Source: a virus (taxonomy: Duplodnaviria > Caudoviricetes). Taken from it: a stretch of DNA of 37,153 bases. The notes beneath the pieces are model-generated. The model worked only from the letters and a program-made list of their open reading frames with translations, was not told the origin of the DNA and ran no database searches. Positions 8,817 to 18,598 of this stretch are shown here, piece by piece. Positions within the stretch are counted from its first letter, which is position 1; each line of letters begins with the position of its first letter. Both the position numbers and the translations under genes were made by a program. The stretch spans positions 1 through 37,153 of IMG/VR virus record IMGVR_UViG_3300005512_003203; one strand, 5' to 3'.

Positions 8817-9323
8817 CTATAATAGTTTCCCGTAATCTATGGTTTCATTATGTCTTGATACTTCTTTCACAAAATATGCACACTGTGGGTTATGACCTTG
8901 TGATAAAGGAACAGTCAACAGTTGTCCATTTTTCATTTTTGGAAAGTACCATTTTACATCATTGTAAAAATTTAAAATTTTAACCTCAGCATAATCTGCT
9001 TTGTAACTTTTAATAGGATTGAATAAAAATGCTTCAAATCCTCTGTCATTTAAACTAGTTAATGGTAAAACTTCTAAGTCATTGCCTGTTTCGTGATCGC
9101 CAACAGCAATATGCCAATCTACTGGCATCATTAGTTCTTTACCATCTATTTCCATTACAATCGCAGGCGAACTAAAACTTTCTAAGAATATTAAAGGTAT
9201 AAAGTAAAAATCAGGATCATTTGAATCACTGTTATCTAACACGCTAAATCTTACATCGTCATCTAGTTCGTCTGGCAGATTAGTAAGATTAAAACATTTA
9301 TTTTCTAGTGTAAGTATTCTCAT
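8817..9323 (-). CDS. hypothetical protein, possible degenerate HINT fold
   Basis: Intact 168-aa ORF starting 1 nt after the UvsW stop; see findings. Confidence 0.7.
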   Translation of the reverse strand: MRILTLENKCFNLTNLPDELDDDVRFSVLDNSDSNDPDFYFIPLIFLESFSSPAIVMEIDGKELMMPVDWHIAVGDHETGNDLEVLPLTSLNDRGFEAFLFNPIKSYKADYAEVKILNFYNDVKWYFPKMKNGQLLTVPLSQGHNPQCAYFVKEVSRHNETIDYGKLL

Positions 9324-9324
9324 A

Positions 9325-10782
9325 TTAGTTCCAATCTACCTTTTCTATAGTAAATGGGTATTGGGCTTCCTTATAAAACTTTTTACGTTGAGTAAGGTGC
9401 CGCTTCGCAAACTTACAAGTGCTTGTAAGATCCCATATTTGTACGAAGTCTTTATCCTTTGCCTTTCTTACGCCTCTGCCTATTGATTGTATTACACGAA
9501 CAAACGATTTGCCTGGTTCTATGAGAACAAGATTAAAAATCCTAGGAATATTAATGCCAACAGCCGCCACGCCATACGTTGCAATAACCACGTGGTTAGT
9601 CCCTTCGTTGATTTCGTCATATGCTTCCTTTCTGTCTTTAAGTTTAACATCGCCTTTTACAAAACTTGATCCTGGTATAAGTTCTTGCAGTAATTCACCT
9701 GCACTAATACGATCTACAAGTATTAGAGTGTTGCCTGAATCTTTTACACCATTCAATAATTTGCCTATATACTCAATACGTTTTTTATCTGTAACAAGAT
9801 ATTTTAATTCTGATTGATAATCACGAAACTCAGGTAAGTCTACTAGTTGTACCACATTGACATGACACTGTGATAGTACACCTTTATCTTGTAGTTCTTT
9901 TGCACTTACCTGTCCAATTACAGGACCAAGGCTTGCATGTATTGATTCAAATTCAAACTTTTCTTTTGGAATAGTACCTGTTAGTCCCCAACGAATAGGG
10001 GCATTTCGTAAGTTACGTGTAAGCAAGTTCTTTAGTACTTCTGCTTTGGCTTGGTGTACTTCGTCGATAATAATTGTGCTTACACCGTCGAGAAACTCAG
10101 CAAGACTCAGTACAGCAGATCCATCCTTGTGTTTTTTGTCTAATATATTTAGACTTTGCCAAGTACAAATAGTGTGAGTCTTGCCTAGTTCTTTTCTGTC
10201 GCCAAAATATACACCTACATCAAGCCCACAATTAATATAGTCTTCTTCTGTTTGAGTAACAAGACTTTTGTTGGGAACCACGACTAGGCTACGCCCATAG
10301 TCTTCTGTGATCTTACTTAGTGTAGCAGTGATAATAGTCTTACCAGCACCTGTGGCTACTTCTTGTAATGATTGAGGATTTTGCAAGAAGTTGTTTATAA
10401 CCTCTACTTGATAATCTCTTAATCTAATAGGCTCGCCTTCGGCAGGATGACCTTTTGGCCAGGTTTTATCACCCCAGAAATCTTCTTGAATAGTATTAAA
10501 TTTTAAGTCTATAGGAATACGTTGATCGTCTATATCTGCAATCTCAACATTGTTTTCTAACAGCACTTGTTGAATTACATCAAGATGATTAACATAACCT
10601 GTACCACCAATACCAAAAAAGTTTACCTTGCCATCCCAACGGCCTAGTTTATACTGTGGCATATACCGTGCGTAAGGCACTTCAAATTTCAAACGATTGG
10701 CAATCTTTCTGCGAACTTCAACAGGAAGTCCTTCAAGTTTTACGTTAACTTCATCTTGTATAACTATTCTACAAGTTGTCAT
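9325..10782 (-). CDS. uvsW: SF2 DNA helicase UvsW
   Basis: LRDYQ, ATGAGKT, DEVH, GLTGT, QSIGRGVR; GRWDG N-terminal motif. Confidence 0.92.
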   Translation of the reverse strand: MTTCRIVIQDEVNVKLEGLPVEVRRKIANRLKFEVPYARYMPQYKLGRWDGKVNFFGIGGTGYVNHLDVIQQVLLENNVEIADIDDQRIPIDLKFNTIQEDFWGDKTWPKGHPAEGEPIRLRDYQVEVINNFLQNPQSLQEVATGAGKTIITATLSKITEDYGRSLVVVPNKSLVTQTEEDYINCGLDVGVYFGDRKELGKTHTICTWQSLNILDKKHKDGSAVLSLAEFLDGVSTIIIDEVHQAKAEVLKNLLTRNLRNAPIRWGLTGTIPKEKFEFESIHASLGPVIGQVSAKELQDKGVLSQCHVNVVQLVDLPEFRDYQSELKYLVTDKKRIEYIGKLLNGVKDSGNTLILVDRISAGELLQELIPGSSFVKGDVKLKDRKEAYDEINEGTNHVVIATYGVAAVGINIPRIFNLVLIEPGKSFVRVIQSIGRGVRKAKDKDFVQIWDLTSTCKFAKRHLTQRKKFYKEAQYPFTIEKVDWN

Positions 10783-11999
10783 ATTTCTTCTATATCCTGA
10801 TATCCAAAGGGCGTTGAATCCGAATCATAGTGTATAACAAGATCGCATTCGTTTATATATGAATCTAGTTTCATGTTTGTTCTCTTACTTCCATACATTA
10901 GCACTGCACTAGGTTTCCAGTCGCTTAGTATTAATGGCTTAGGAATTTTATTGTTACTAATATACACTATTTTTGTATATTTTGCAAGAGAATTATTAAG
11001 ATTATTTTGTTTTATCAACGAATTAAAACTTCTATCTGTTTGATCTTTATTGTCTTTTCTAAACATTACTGTGCATGATTCGTCTAGGACAATTCCCTTA
11101 AAACATTCATAAACATCTTGTAAACATTCAGTACTGCTGTCGTCATCTGGTATAACAACAAGTAATGGAAGTCTATGAAGCTCTAGTACACTTTCGACAA
11201 TATTATTAATTGTAAATCTTGTACTATTAATCAATATATTTTTCTTGTTACGATTGATAATCTTTTTTGTTAACGGTTGAAGTTTGTTAACACTTTCTGT
11301 TAAATCATTTTCGTCAAAATAATTTATACCAAGTATTTCTTGTCTGTCTTTGTAAAGAGCAAGGTTATCTAAACTAGGTTCACCTATTGAACTTACAGCA
11401 AAATCAAATGCTTTAGTGTGTAAATTTTCTAATTTAAGATTATATATACCAGGCACATAGTTTTTTTTATTTTCTTTCATTTCTATTAACTTCCTATATT
11501 GTTCTTGTAGAGATTCCTCTATCTCAAAGTTTGCCTTTTGGAAGTTGCCTATAATTTTATAAATGTTTTGTTCTGTAGGAGATATAAAATGTGTTTTATT
11601 TGCTTTGTCGTAGCCTTGATTTTTATGTATAGAATTTAATATTTCAATATATTTGATCATATTTTTAGCAAACGGAAACCGCACAGCAATCATGGTTTCT
11701 CCATTTTGTTCTACTAAACTTATGGTTTTTGACCTATCTATTGATCGCAATGGTTGTCTAAGATTAAGCATCTTTTCTTCTATACTGTCAATTCCATTTG
11801 CTTCAAACTGAGCTTTGTAATCTAAAATTTTTCTTTTGGCAAGTTCATACTGTCTATCAGTAAATGGTATCTGACGTAGACACTGCTTGCCTAGGCTGAA
11901 CATAAGGTTACGGTCTGTGTTTTGTATTTCGAACACAAACTTGCCCTGTGTCATACCTGAAATGATTTCAATTAAGTCTTCTGCTGTTTCTTGTTTCAT
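10779..11999 (-). CDS. hypothetical protein
   Basis: 406-aa ORF behind a sigma70 promoter; ATGA overlap with uvsW. Confidence 0.8.
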   Translation of the reverse strand: MKQETAEDLIEIISGMTQGKFVFEIQNTDRNLMFSLGKQCLRQIPFTDRQYELAKRKILDYKAQFEANGIDSIEEKMLNLRQPLRSIDRSKTISLVEQNGETMIAVRFPFAKNMIKYIEILNSIHKNQGYDKANKTHFISPTEQNIYKIIGNFQKANFEIEESLQEQYRKLIEMKENKKNYVPGIYNLKLENLHTKAFDFAVSSIGEPSLDNLALYKDRQEILGINYFDENDLTESVNKLQPLTKKIINRNKKNILINSTRFTINNIVESVLELHRLPLLVVIPDDDSSTECLQDVYECFKGIVLDESCTVMFRKDNKDQTDRSFNSLIKQNNLNNSLAKYTKIVYISNNKIPKPLILSDWKPSAVLMYGSKRTNMKLDSYINECDLVIHYDSDSTPFGYQDIEEI

Positions 12000-12005
12000 A
12001 ATAGT

Positions 12006-12034
12006 ATTATACGAGATTATAGCTTAGAAGTCAA
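12006..12034 (-). promoter_or_regulatory. sigma70-type promoter (probably leaderless)
   Basis: TTGACT (12034-12029), 17 nt, TATAAT (12011-12006); ATG 6 nt downstream. Confidence 0.8.
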
Positions 12035-12862
12035 GTGTTTAAGTGGTATTCCTTGAGAAATTTCTTCTAACGTCCACTCAGTATGTGCATAATTATTCAA
12101 CCATTGCTGACGTTCAAAAAGCACAGGCTCTTCAATCATAGAAAGATCTTTATTTGCAACATCATATGCAAGACTACTAGGACCAACAAATGCAGGAACA
12201 CCATCAATTACACTGTGTATACCAGGATTTGAACTCCAACTCACTGTGCAGTATATGTTATGAAATCCTATATCAAAATCATCATATGTTCCACGAATAT
12301 GTTTAGGATCTTGCCTTGTTACATTGTTATACTCATGTTCTATGTACGGCAATGTACATCGTGGGTGAGGTCTAAAAATAATTGGACGATCTGTATATTT
12401 CTTTACAGTATCTATAGTTTCTATGACCCAGTTGCTCATTGTTGGCATGTTTTGCCATTGTAAACTCTTGTCATGTTGTCCGCAAATAAGAATATATTTG
12501 CCATCGGTGCGCCACGGTTTTAATTTTAATCCGAGTTGTTCAGCCCTATTACTATTGCTGTTGCTACTATTGCCAAAATAAGCGTCTCTATTGATACCAT
12601 TTAAACCTACTTTCCATGTTGTTCCTCTTTTGATGCCGCCGACTTCGAGTACGATGGTCGGTTTGGATTGTAGAACGTTTTTTTCCCATATAGCACGGTT
12701 TCTAGCCATGCGACCGTTCCAAAGTACGCTCCAAATAACATCAATCCCATCATCACCATTATCGATACAAGTATGCCCAAGAGCACGAGCGCCAGTGTGA
12801 AAGGCGTCAAAAACAGGGCTAGAATTTTGTGCGCCATATTGCCTCCATAAGTTAAATTTCAT
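12017..12862 (-). CDS. GT-B capsule-biosynthesis-like glycosyltransferase (KpsS/KpsC-like)
   Basis: ILICGQHDKS, FRPHP, SWSSNPGIHSVIDGVP, RQQWL; start moved to MKFNLW. Confidence 0.7.
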   Translation of the reverse strand: MKFNLWRQYGAQNSSPVFDAFHTGARALGHTCIDNGDDGIDVIWSVLWNGRMARNRAIWEKNVLQSKPTIVLEVGGIKRGTTWKVGLNGINRDAYFGNSSNSNSNRAEQLGLKLKPWRTDGKYILICGQHDKSLQWQNMPTMSNWVIETIDTVKKYTDRPIIFRPHPRCTLPYIEHEYNNVTRQDPKHIRGTYDDFDIGFHNIYCTVSWSSNPGIHSVIDGVPAFVGPSSLAYDVANKDLSMIEEPVLFERQQWLNNYAHTEWTLEEISQGIPLKHLTSKL

Positions 12863-12865
12863 GAT

Positions 12866-12887
12866 TAAATACCTTGTAGTATATTTA
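12866..12887. promoter_or_regulatory. divergent pair of late promoters
   Basis: TAAATA on + (12866-12871) and TAAATA on - (12887-12882) in a 38-bp gap between divergent genes. Confidence 0.7.
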
Positions 12888-12900
12888 CAAAGGAACAACA

Positions 12901-13746
12901 ATGTCAGACATAACTGTGGTTACAACATTCCACCAACCAGGATTAGAACAATATGGTCAACGCTTTTTAGATTCTTTTGCACAAAGGGTAGACAAGCGTA
13001 TAAAATTACTAGTATATGCTGAGGCATGTCATCCTGTAAACCCCGATCCGGAACAAATTAAAATATTTGATTCTTTTGAAGCATTACCTAAATTAAACGA
13101 GTTTAAAACCAAATGGGGTAAAGTACCTCACGCTAACGGTGATATAACAAATCATCCTGCACGTAATGGCCGCAAGGATTGGCAAAAGAAATTTAAATGG
13201 GACGCTGTACGATTTGCTAATAAAACGTATGCTGTATATGATGCATGTGAACGCAGTACAGATTGGTGTGTATGGATGGATGCAGATACGTATGTACACA
13301 GTGACTGGTCATACGATGACTTTAAAGCACAGTTACCTGAAGATGCTTGGATAACTTATGTGGGTAGAGGTAAAGGTTCACAAACTTGGCCAGAGTGCGG
13401 ATTTTACGGAATGAACTTACGTAACGAAACTTGTAAGAAATTTTTAGCAGAATTTGAACGTGTGTACGAAGATGCAGAGAACGGTATTTTTAAATTAGCT
13501 GAATGGCATGATAGTTTTGTATTTGGAAATATTCTCAACGGTATGAAGCAACAAGATCCTAATGCGTTTGATTATAGTGCTGAAATGTATTTGCGTGAAG
13601 CAAAATCTGGAGGCGGCGGACATCCTCTCATTAATGGAGTTTTAGGCACTTGGATAGATCATATGAAAGGGGTACGCAAGCAAGAAGGTAGATCTAGAAA
13701 ATTAGATATTATGGTTAATCGTAAAGAATCGTATTGGTCTAAATAA
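12901..13746 (+). CDS. GT-A glycosyltransferase
   Basis: VVTTF, DAVRFANK, DxD (WMDAD), ECGF, EWHDSFVF; AGGA RBS. Confidence 0.75.
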   Translation: MSDITVVTTFHQPGLEQYGQRFLDSFAQRVDKRIKLLVYAEACHPVNPDPEQIKIFDSFEALPKLNEFKTKWGKVPHANGDITNHPARNGRKDWQKKFKWDAVRFANKTYAVYDACERSTDWCVWMDADTYVHSDWSYDDFKAQLPEDAWITYVGRGKGSQTWPECGFYGMNLRNETCKKFLAEFERVYEDAENGIFKLAEWHDSFVFGNILNGMKQQDPNAFDYSAEMYLREAKSGGGGHPLINGVLGTWIDHMKGVRKQEGRSRKLDIMVNRKESYWSK

Positions 13747-14282
13747 TGAAACCTTGGTTGTTTGACGAACTTAAAATTTTTCTCGACGAAATTAAAATTT
13801 CAACAGTAGGCGAAATAGGTACTCATAAAGGAAACACTTCACTGCAATCAATTAAATATCTTAGTAGTAAAATAGACTTTTTGACCTTTTATGGGTATGA
13901 TGTTTTTGATGATGCTATTAATAATCTATCATTTAACAGAAAAGAATTCAACGGCAAAGGGGGCGCATCTTACGAATATGTGTCAACACGATTAGAAAAT
14001 TTAAAAAAACAAATAGATAATTTTGAATTTCACCTTTTGAAAGGACTTACTACAGATACGTTAAAGAAACAGTCCTTTGACTTTGTGTACATTGACGGCG
14101 GACACAGTTATGATACTGTAAAACATGATTATCAAAAGGTAAAAGAAAGTAAACTAATTGTTTTTGACGATGCACAAAATAAAAACAATGCTAACGAAGT
14201 GCCAGCATTTTTAAATGAATTAGAAAAAGAAAAATCTGTACAATATTTTAAAAGATGGGCTATTATACGTAATTACGCATAA
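13746..14282 (+). CDS. class I SAM-dependent methyltransferase (Methyltransf_24-like)
   Basis: GEIGTHKG, GYDVF, DFVYIDGGHSY, VFDD. Confidence 0.85.
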   Translation: MKPWLFDELKIFLDEIKISTVGEIGTHKGNTSLQSIKYLSSKIDFLTFYGYDVFDDAINNLSFNRKEFNGKGGASYEYVSTRLENLKKQIDNFEFHLLKGLTTDTLKKQSFDFVYIDGGHSYDTVKHDYQKVKESKLIVFDDAQNKNNANEVPAFLNELEKEKSVQYFKRWAIIRNYA

Positions 14283-15186
14283 ATTTCCAAGCAGTGCCGT
14301 CTTTTAGTTCATCAAAACTCCAATGACACATGCTAATACGTTCAATCCATTCTTGTCTATCATATAGCACAGGATCTTCAATCTCTTTAATATTTGTATT
14401 AGCGACTTCACCATACATACTATAGTCAAGATCAGAATCCATTTGAAAAACAGGCACACCTTGTATTAGACTAGCAACACCCGGACTGCTATTGTATACT
14501 ACTGTTGCCCAAGCATGATTAAGATCTTGTCTAATATCTTGATTAGTAGAAACAGTTACGTTATTATATTTTAATTCTGACAATCTAGCCAGTGTTTTTC
14601 TATCTCCTGGATGTCCTCTAACTATTATTTTCCTACTTGTATATTTTTTTATTCTTTTAATAATATAATGTGCAAAACTTATTACATCAGTATTTTTCAT
14701 ACTCCAACCGCCGTTACGTTGTAAACATAATAGTATACTCTCGCCTCTTGCTTTGTACGGAACAATATCTATACCAATATTTTTTTTAATACTTTGCCAT
14801 CTTTTAGGATCAACATCTTTATCAAAATAAAAACCTGTACCTCTAAATACACCATCAAAGCTATATCTTAAGTAATTTCCAGGAGTGTTTCTTTTGCCTG
14901 TTGCAAATAAAAAAAGATTACTATCAACAATAAGTGTTCTTTTATTGGTAAGTTTTTGATGATCTAATACTTGTTTCCTAAACAATAGGTGCGGAGTATT
15001 CTTACTATTGGTATGCACAAATCCTTGTAAAACCGCTACATCACAATCTTGTATAGTTGATTGATAATGATTTATTCCTATATCGTTTACAGTATTAACA
15101 CCTTGAACAAAATTAGATAATATTAAAGGTTTTTCAGGACTATTATTTTTTGGTGGGATTCCATAATGGTAACTCACTACTTTCAT
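14263..15186 (-). CDS. GT-B capsule-biosynthesis-like glycosyltransferase
   Basis: LLCLQRNGGWSM, VRGHPGD, YNSSPGVASLIQGVP, DRQEW; start moved to MKVVSY (GGAGA RBS). Confidence 0.7.
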   Translation of the reverse strand: MKVVSYHYGIPPKNNSPEKPLILSNFVQGVNTVNDIGINHYQSTIQDCDVAVLQGFVHTNSKNTPHLLFRKQVLDHQKLTNKRTLIVDSNLFLFATGKRNTPGNYLRYSFDGVFRGTGFYFDKDVDPKRWQSIKKNIGIDIVPYKARGESILLCLQRNGGWSMKNTDVISFAHYIIKRIKKYTSRKIIVRGHPGDRKTLARLSELKYNNVTVSTNQDIRQDLNHAWATVVYNSSPGVASLIQGVPVFQMDSDLDYSMYGEVANTNIKEIEDPVLYDRQEWIERISMCHWSFDELKDGTAWKFMRNYV

Positions 15187-16864
15187 TAACTGTTCTCCAT
15201 GCAAATCCGTTTCGTAATTCATGTACATCAAATTGACAATAACCAAGATGCGCAAAAAATGCATCTGTTGTTTCTCTATCAGGCATATGTGGGTTATCAA
15301 TTTTACGTATATCTTGTTCACAAACAACTTGTGCCGCATTTGGACCAAGAACAATAGCTGGTTTGCCTTCCATTAGTGCTTCAACAGCAGCAATGCTATT
15401 GTATGTAACAAGACAGTGTACATCATCTGCAAGTGCAGCTTGAATTGTTTTATCAGTTACCCTTTCTGTTCTATTAGGTTTTAATCTTACTTCAATTGGC
15501 CTACTAGTATATTTTTTAATCTCTGCTACTACCTGTTTTACCCAAGTTTCTGGATCGGGTTGTCCAAATACTCTCATTGCTTTTTCGCTAGGAGGACAAA
15601 TTAAAATTTTCCTTCCAAGAGATTGTTTTCTATAACGATAGCCGTGTGCTTTTGCACGATCCATAGGACGTTCAATAATGCCACCTATTTGTTGCATATT
15701 ATTTTTTGTAACTCTATGTAACCATTTGTTTTTAAAGTTACCAAAATATCCTGTGTCAATTGTATAAAATGTTCGGCCGGTGTCCTTACACTTTTGGATG
15801 GCCTTACGACTACCTCCACCAACTCCTCTAATGATAAGTGCGGTATCGTCATTTAAATGATCTGCATAGGAACTAACAACACCATTACTCCCCATAGCAA
15901 AGTTTTCAAGAATTGGATCATATCTATGACCTTTTCTTTCAAAGTTAACTTCACTAGTGTCAATTGCTACTATTTTTCCCATGTGATTTTTAACTCTTTC
16001 TGTAATTGATTCCCAAGTATTTCCTTCATAATACTTAGCTTCAGGATCTACTAGGTAATTTAATATCGACTTTAATATTTCTTGTTTATCTTCATTCACC
16101 TTCCAGGTGTCTGGTGTAAGTTTGTGTTTAGCATTTGCTGCTTTTTGTGCGTTATAACTTTTCTCAGCAAGATACCAATCCGCTGCATATTCGCATAAAC
16201 GATAATCTTTAAACCAAGGACCGCCATCGGTGTAGTGTATCGCCGCAGGTTCATTTTTACCGTCTTCTTGATAATATCCTACAAGCCAGTTCCATTCGTG
16301 ATGTAATCTTCCAATCTCTTGATCTTGAAGCCAACTAAATCTATGTAAATATTTTCCGTCTATTTCTGGGTCGTTGATTAATTTTTTGTTAAGTTTTCTA
16401 TTTGATGGATGTTCACAATTAAATAACATACAAGAGCTCCAATTTTTTCTTGGATATATTGTTTGTTCTCTTCCGTCCATCTTTGTCATGCTTTTTGGGG
16501 TATAGTCGTGTTGAACACACATTACAGCAAAATTTTTATTATTTTCTTGAGTTTCTTCTATTACTTTCCAAAGATTTCTTACGTCTTTTTTAAATAGAAA
16601 GTCACAATCAATAAACAACGCCCAACCTTTAAAGTCACAAAGTTCTGGCACTAAGAATCTTGTAAAGGTAAATTCTGTTGATGCTAATTGATCAACATCT
16701 CTCCAATATAATCCTCTATCGCGCATCTCCTGTTGTTTAATAGGATATATTTCTATACTGTTAGGATATTTTGCTCTATCAAGTATACTTTGTCTACACA
16801 CTTGATAAGCAATGTCTTCTCTGCTGTCGTGACCGATAAAGATTTTAATTATGCCGTCTTTCAA
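15143..16864 (-). CDS. bifunctional glycosyltransferase: GT8/CDI-like GT-A plus capsule-like GT-B
   Basis: N-half: IFIGHDSREDIAY, STEFTFTRF, DCD, YPRKNWSS, HYTDGGPW. C-half: IDTGYF, YNSIAAVEALMEGKP. Start probably TTG 16864 behind GGAGG. Confidence 0.8.
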   Translation of the reverse strand: MKDGIIKIFIGHDSREDIAYQVCRQSILDRAKYPNSIEIYPIKQQEMRDRGLYWRDVDQLASTEFTFTRFLVPELCDFKGWALFIDCDFLFKKDVRNLWKVIEETQENNKNFAVMCVQHDYTPKSMTKMDGREQTIYPRKNWSSCMLFNCEHPSNRKLNKKLINDPEIDGKYLHRFSWLQDQEIGRLHHEWNWLVGYYQEDGKNEPAAIHYTDGGPWFKDYRLCEYAADWYLAEKSYNAQKAANAKHKLTPDTWKVNEDKQEILKSILNYLVDPEAKYYEGNTWESITERVKNHMGKIVAIDTSEVNFERKGHRYDPILENFAMGSNGVVSSYADHLNDDTALIIRGVGGGSRKAIQKCKDTGRTFYTIDTGYFGNFKNKWLHRVTKNNMQQIGGIIERPMDRAKAHGYRYRKQSLGRKILICPPSEKAMRVFGQPDPETWVKQVVAEIKKYTSRPIEVRLKPNRTERVTDKTIQAALADDVHCLVTYNSIAAVEALMEGKPAIVLGPNAAQVVCEQDIRKIDNPHMPDRETTDAFFAHLGYCQFDVHELRNGFAWRTVNESSELPLWNPTKK

Positions 16865-17621
16865 TGTCTTCCTCCACGCAATTTGTGCCGTATTGTATTT
16901 CAACTAGTTTCAACGGTATCCTGTCTTCGTTAACCAATTGATGCCAAGTTCCTACAGGTATATGTAGACTTTGATGTTGTCTGTAACGACCCATTAATTC
17001 AAAATCTGAACTTGAATTTATAGTATACACTGTAGCTGTGCCCTCTGCGACAAACCAGTGTTCGCTGCGTTCACTATGTTTTTGCATTGATAACTTGCAA
17101 CCCGACGGTACTGCCAATTCTTTTACTTTTGTATGATTCTCGTATTCGTGTATCACTCTATAGTACCCCCAACTGCGTTCTGTTTTAGGTGCTTTCCATT
17201 CTTCAAGAATCCAACTGCTTGAATTTTTCTTATCTTCGCCTCCTACACCAAACACAAATTCTATATTAGTTATATCACCGTAAACTTTATATTCGGGTGT
17301 TGTAGTGTTGGTTCTATCTCCACCATTGGCAAATATAATTTTTACGTCTCCGTGTGTTGCCATTGTCTTATATATTGCACCACAAGCAGTGTCATCAGTG
17401 TCATCGAAACTAATAACTTTATCTACCATTTTTAAATTTTCAATTACTGTGGCACGTTCTTTATAAGGCATAAAGGGTCTGCTTTTCTTTCGTGTTAGCC
17501 ATTCGTCTGAATTAAGACCAACATGTAGTTCATCTCCTAATTCTTTGGCGGCTTTAAAAAAGGCTATATGACCGCTGTGCATAGGATCAAATCCGCCTGT
17601 TACAAGTACAATAGTTTTCAT
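16845..17621 (-). CDS. HxGH cytidylyltransferase (TagD/RfaE-like) fused to an M6P-isomerase-type cupin
   Basis: TGGFDPMHSGH, GLNSD..L.RKK, FANGGDR, NSSS; then RSWG, LSMQKH..RSEHW, WHQL, VEIQYG..C.E.DIER. Confidence 0.85.
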   Translation of the reverse strand: MKTIVLVTGGFDPMHSGHIAFFKAAKELGDELHVGLNSDEWLTRKKSRPFMPYKERATVIENLKMVDKVISFDDTDDTACGAIYKTMATHGDVKIIFANGGDRTNTTTPEYKVYGDITNIEFVFGVGGEDKKNSSSWILEEWKAPKTERSWGYYRVIHEYENHTKVKELAVPSGCKLSMQKHSERSEHWFVAEGTATVYTINSSSDFELMGRYRQHQSLHIPVGTWHQLVNEDRIPLKLVEIQYGTNCVEEDIERRHN

Positions 17622-17626
17622 ACTAA

Positions 17627-17634
17627 TATTTATA
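17627..17634 (-). promoter_or_regulatory. T4 consensus late promoter TATAAATA
   Basis: Exact T4 late consensus, 5 nt before ATG 17621. Confidence 0.8.
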
Positions 17635-17647
17635 TGCGCACTTAATT

Positions 17648-18598
17648 TTAACAATAAGGATTGATTAATTTATTAGGATAAAGAGGTTTGAGATGTTGCC
17701 AAGGTAACCCTTTTTCTATCTCATCTGTACGCCATTGACAGTATGCTAGATTGTTAAGCCATTGTTGACGATCAAATACTTCTGGCTTTTCTAGAGTAGA
17801 TAATGATTTGTTACTTACTGGCCAAGCCATTGAACTTGGACATAAGCTAAATGTTGGTATTCCTTCACAAGCACTTTCTGTTAATGCATTAGTATTAAAT
17901 CCAACTACTGCCCATGCTCTGTTGAAATCTTCATACAATCCGTCGCCGCCATTCAACAATCCTGCTCCAGAATTATTTTGACTTATTTCAATATTTCCCA
18001 GGTTACAACGATTTATAATTTCTATTTGTTTCTCAATCCTTGCAGGATGTAATCTAATAATAATTTTTCTATCAGTGTGTGTTCTTATCTCTTGTAAAGT
18101 ATTTTTTAAAAAATTTTCATATGTTCCATGCTTTTTTAACAAATTTTTCAAACTACTATCACCCGGACGTTGTAAAAGTAATAGTATAGCATCACCGGGT
18201 TTCTGCCAGTCTTTTATTTCTATATCTTGTTCTTCTTGGATTCTGTACCATCTATCCGGTGGACAGTCTTTTGCATTGTATTCACCTTCGTCATAAAAAT
18301 AACTCCACCAACTAAATCTATGATACGCTTTAGGATTAGGATAATCAGGCATACCTTTTCTAAATACTGCTGCTTCTGCGCAGATGTAAGGTTTACCGCT
18401 GTAACGAATAAACTCGTAAATATGTCCCAAACTTTTTTGACGTTTTTGTTCTAAAATATTACTTTGTAAAAATATATCTGCTTTTTGTATTAGTTCTTTA
18501 TCTTCCCATTCTGCAATTTTAACATTATTGCCTCCTATAATAGGATGGTTTCTATAAGCAGGTTTAATAGCAACAATTAAAGGTTCAGACATTTTCAT
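17648..18598 (-). CDS. GT-B capsule-biosynthesis-like glycosyltransferase (KpsS/KpsC-like)
   Basis: LLLLQRPGDSSL (QxxxD), IRLHP, FNTNALTESACEGIP, DRQQWL; start could be 18592. Confidence 0.72.
   Translation of the reverse strand: MKMSEPLIVAIKPAYRNHPIIGGNNVKIAEWEDKELIQKADIFLQSNILEQKRQKSLGHIYEFIRYSGKPYICAEAAVFRKGMPDYPNPKAYHRFSWWSYFYDEGEYNAKDCPPDRWYRIQEEQDIEIKDWQKPGDAILLLLQRPGDSSLKNLLKKHGTYENFLKNTLQEIRTHTDRKIIIRLHPARIEKQIEIINRCNLGNIEISQNNSGAGLLNGGDGLYEDFNRAWAVVGFNTNALTESACEGIPTFSLCPSSMAWPVSNKSLSTLEKPEVFDRQQWLNNLAYCQWRTDEIEKGLPWQHLKPLYPNKLINPYC

Noticed and set aside
13740-13745. TAAATA at the GT/MTase junction as a promoter
   Set aside because: It arises from the stop/start overlap and has no spacing to the ATG.
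14263-15354. Long N-terminal extensions in the ORF track (also 4609, 16903, 23568, 31832)
   Set aside because: Downstream starts have RBS or promoter support and remove implausible overlaps.
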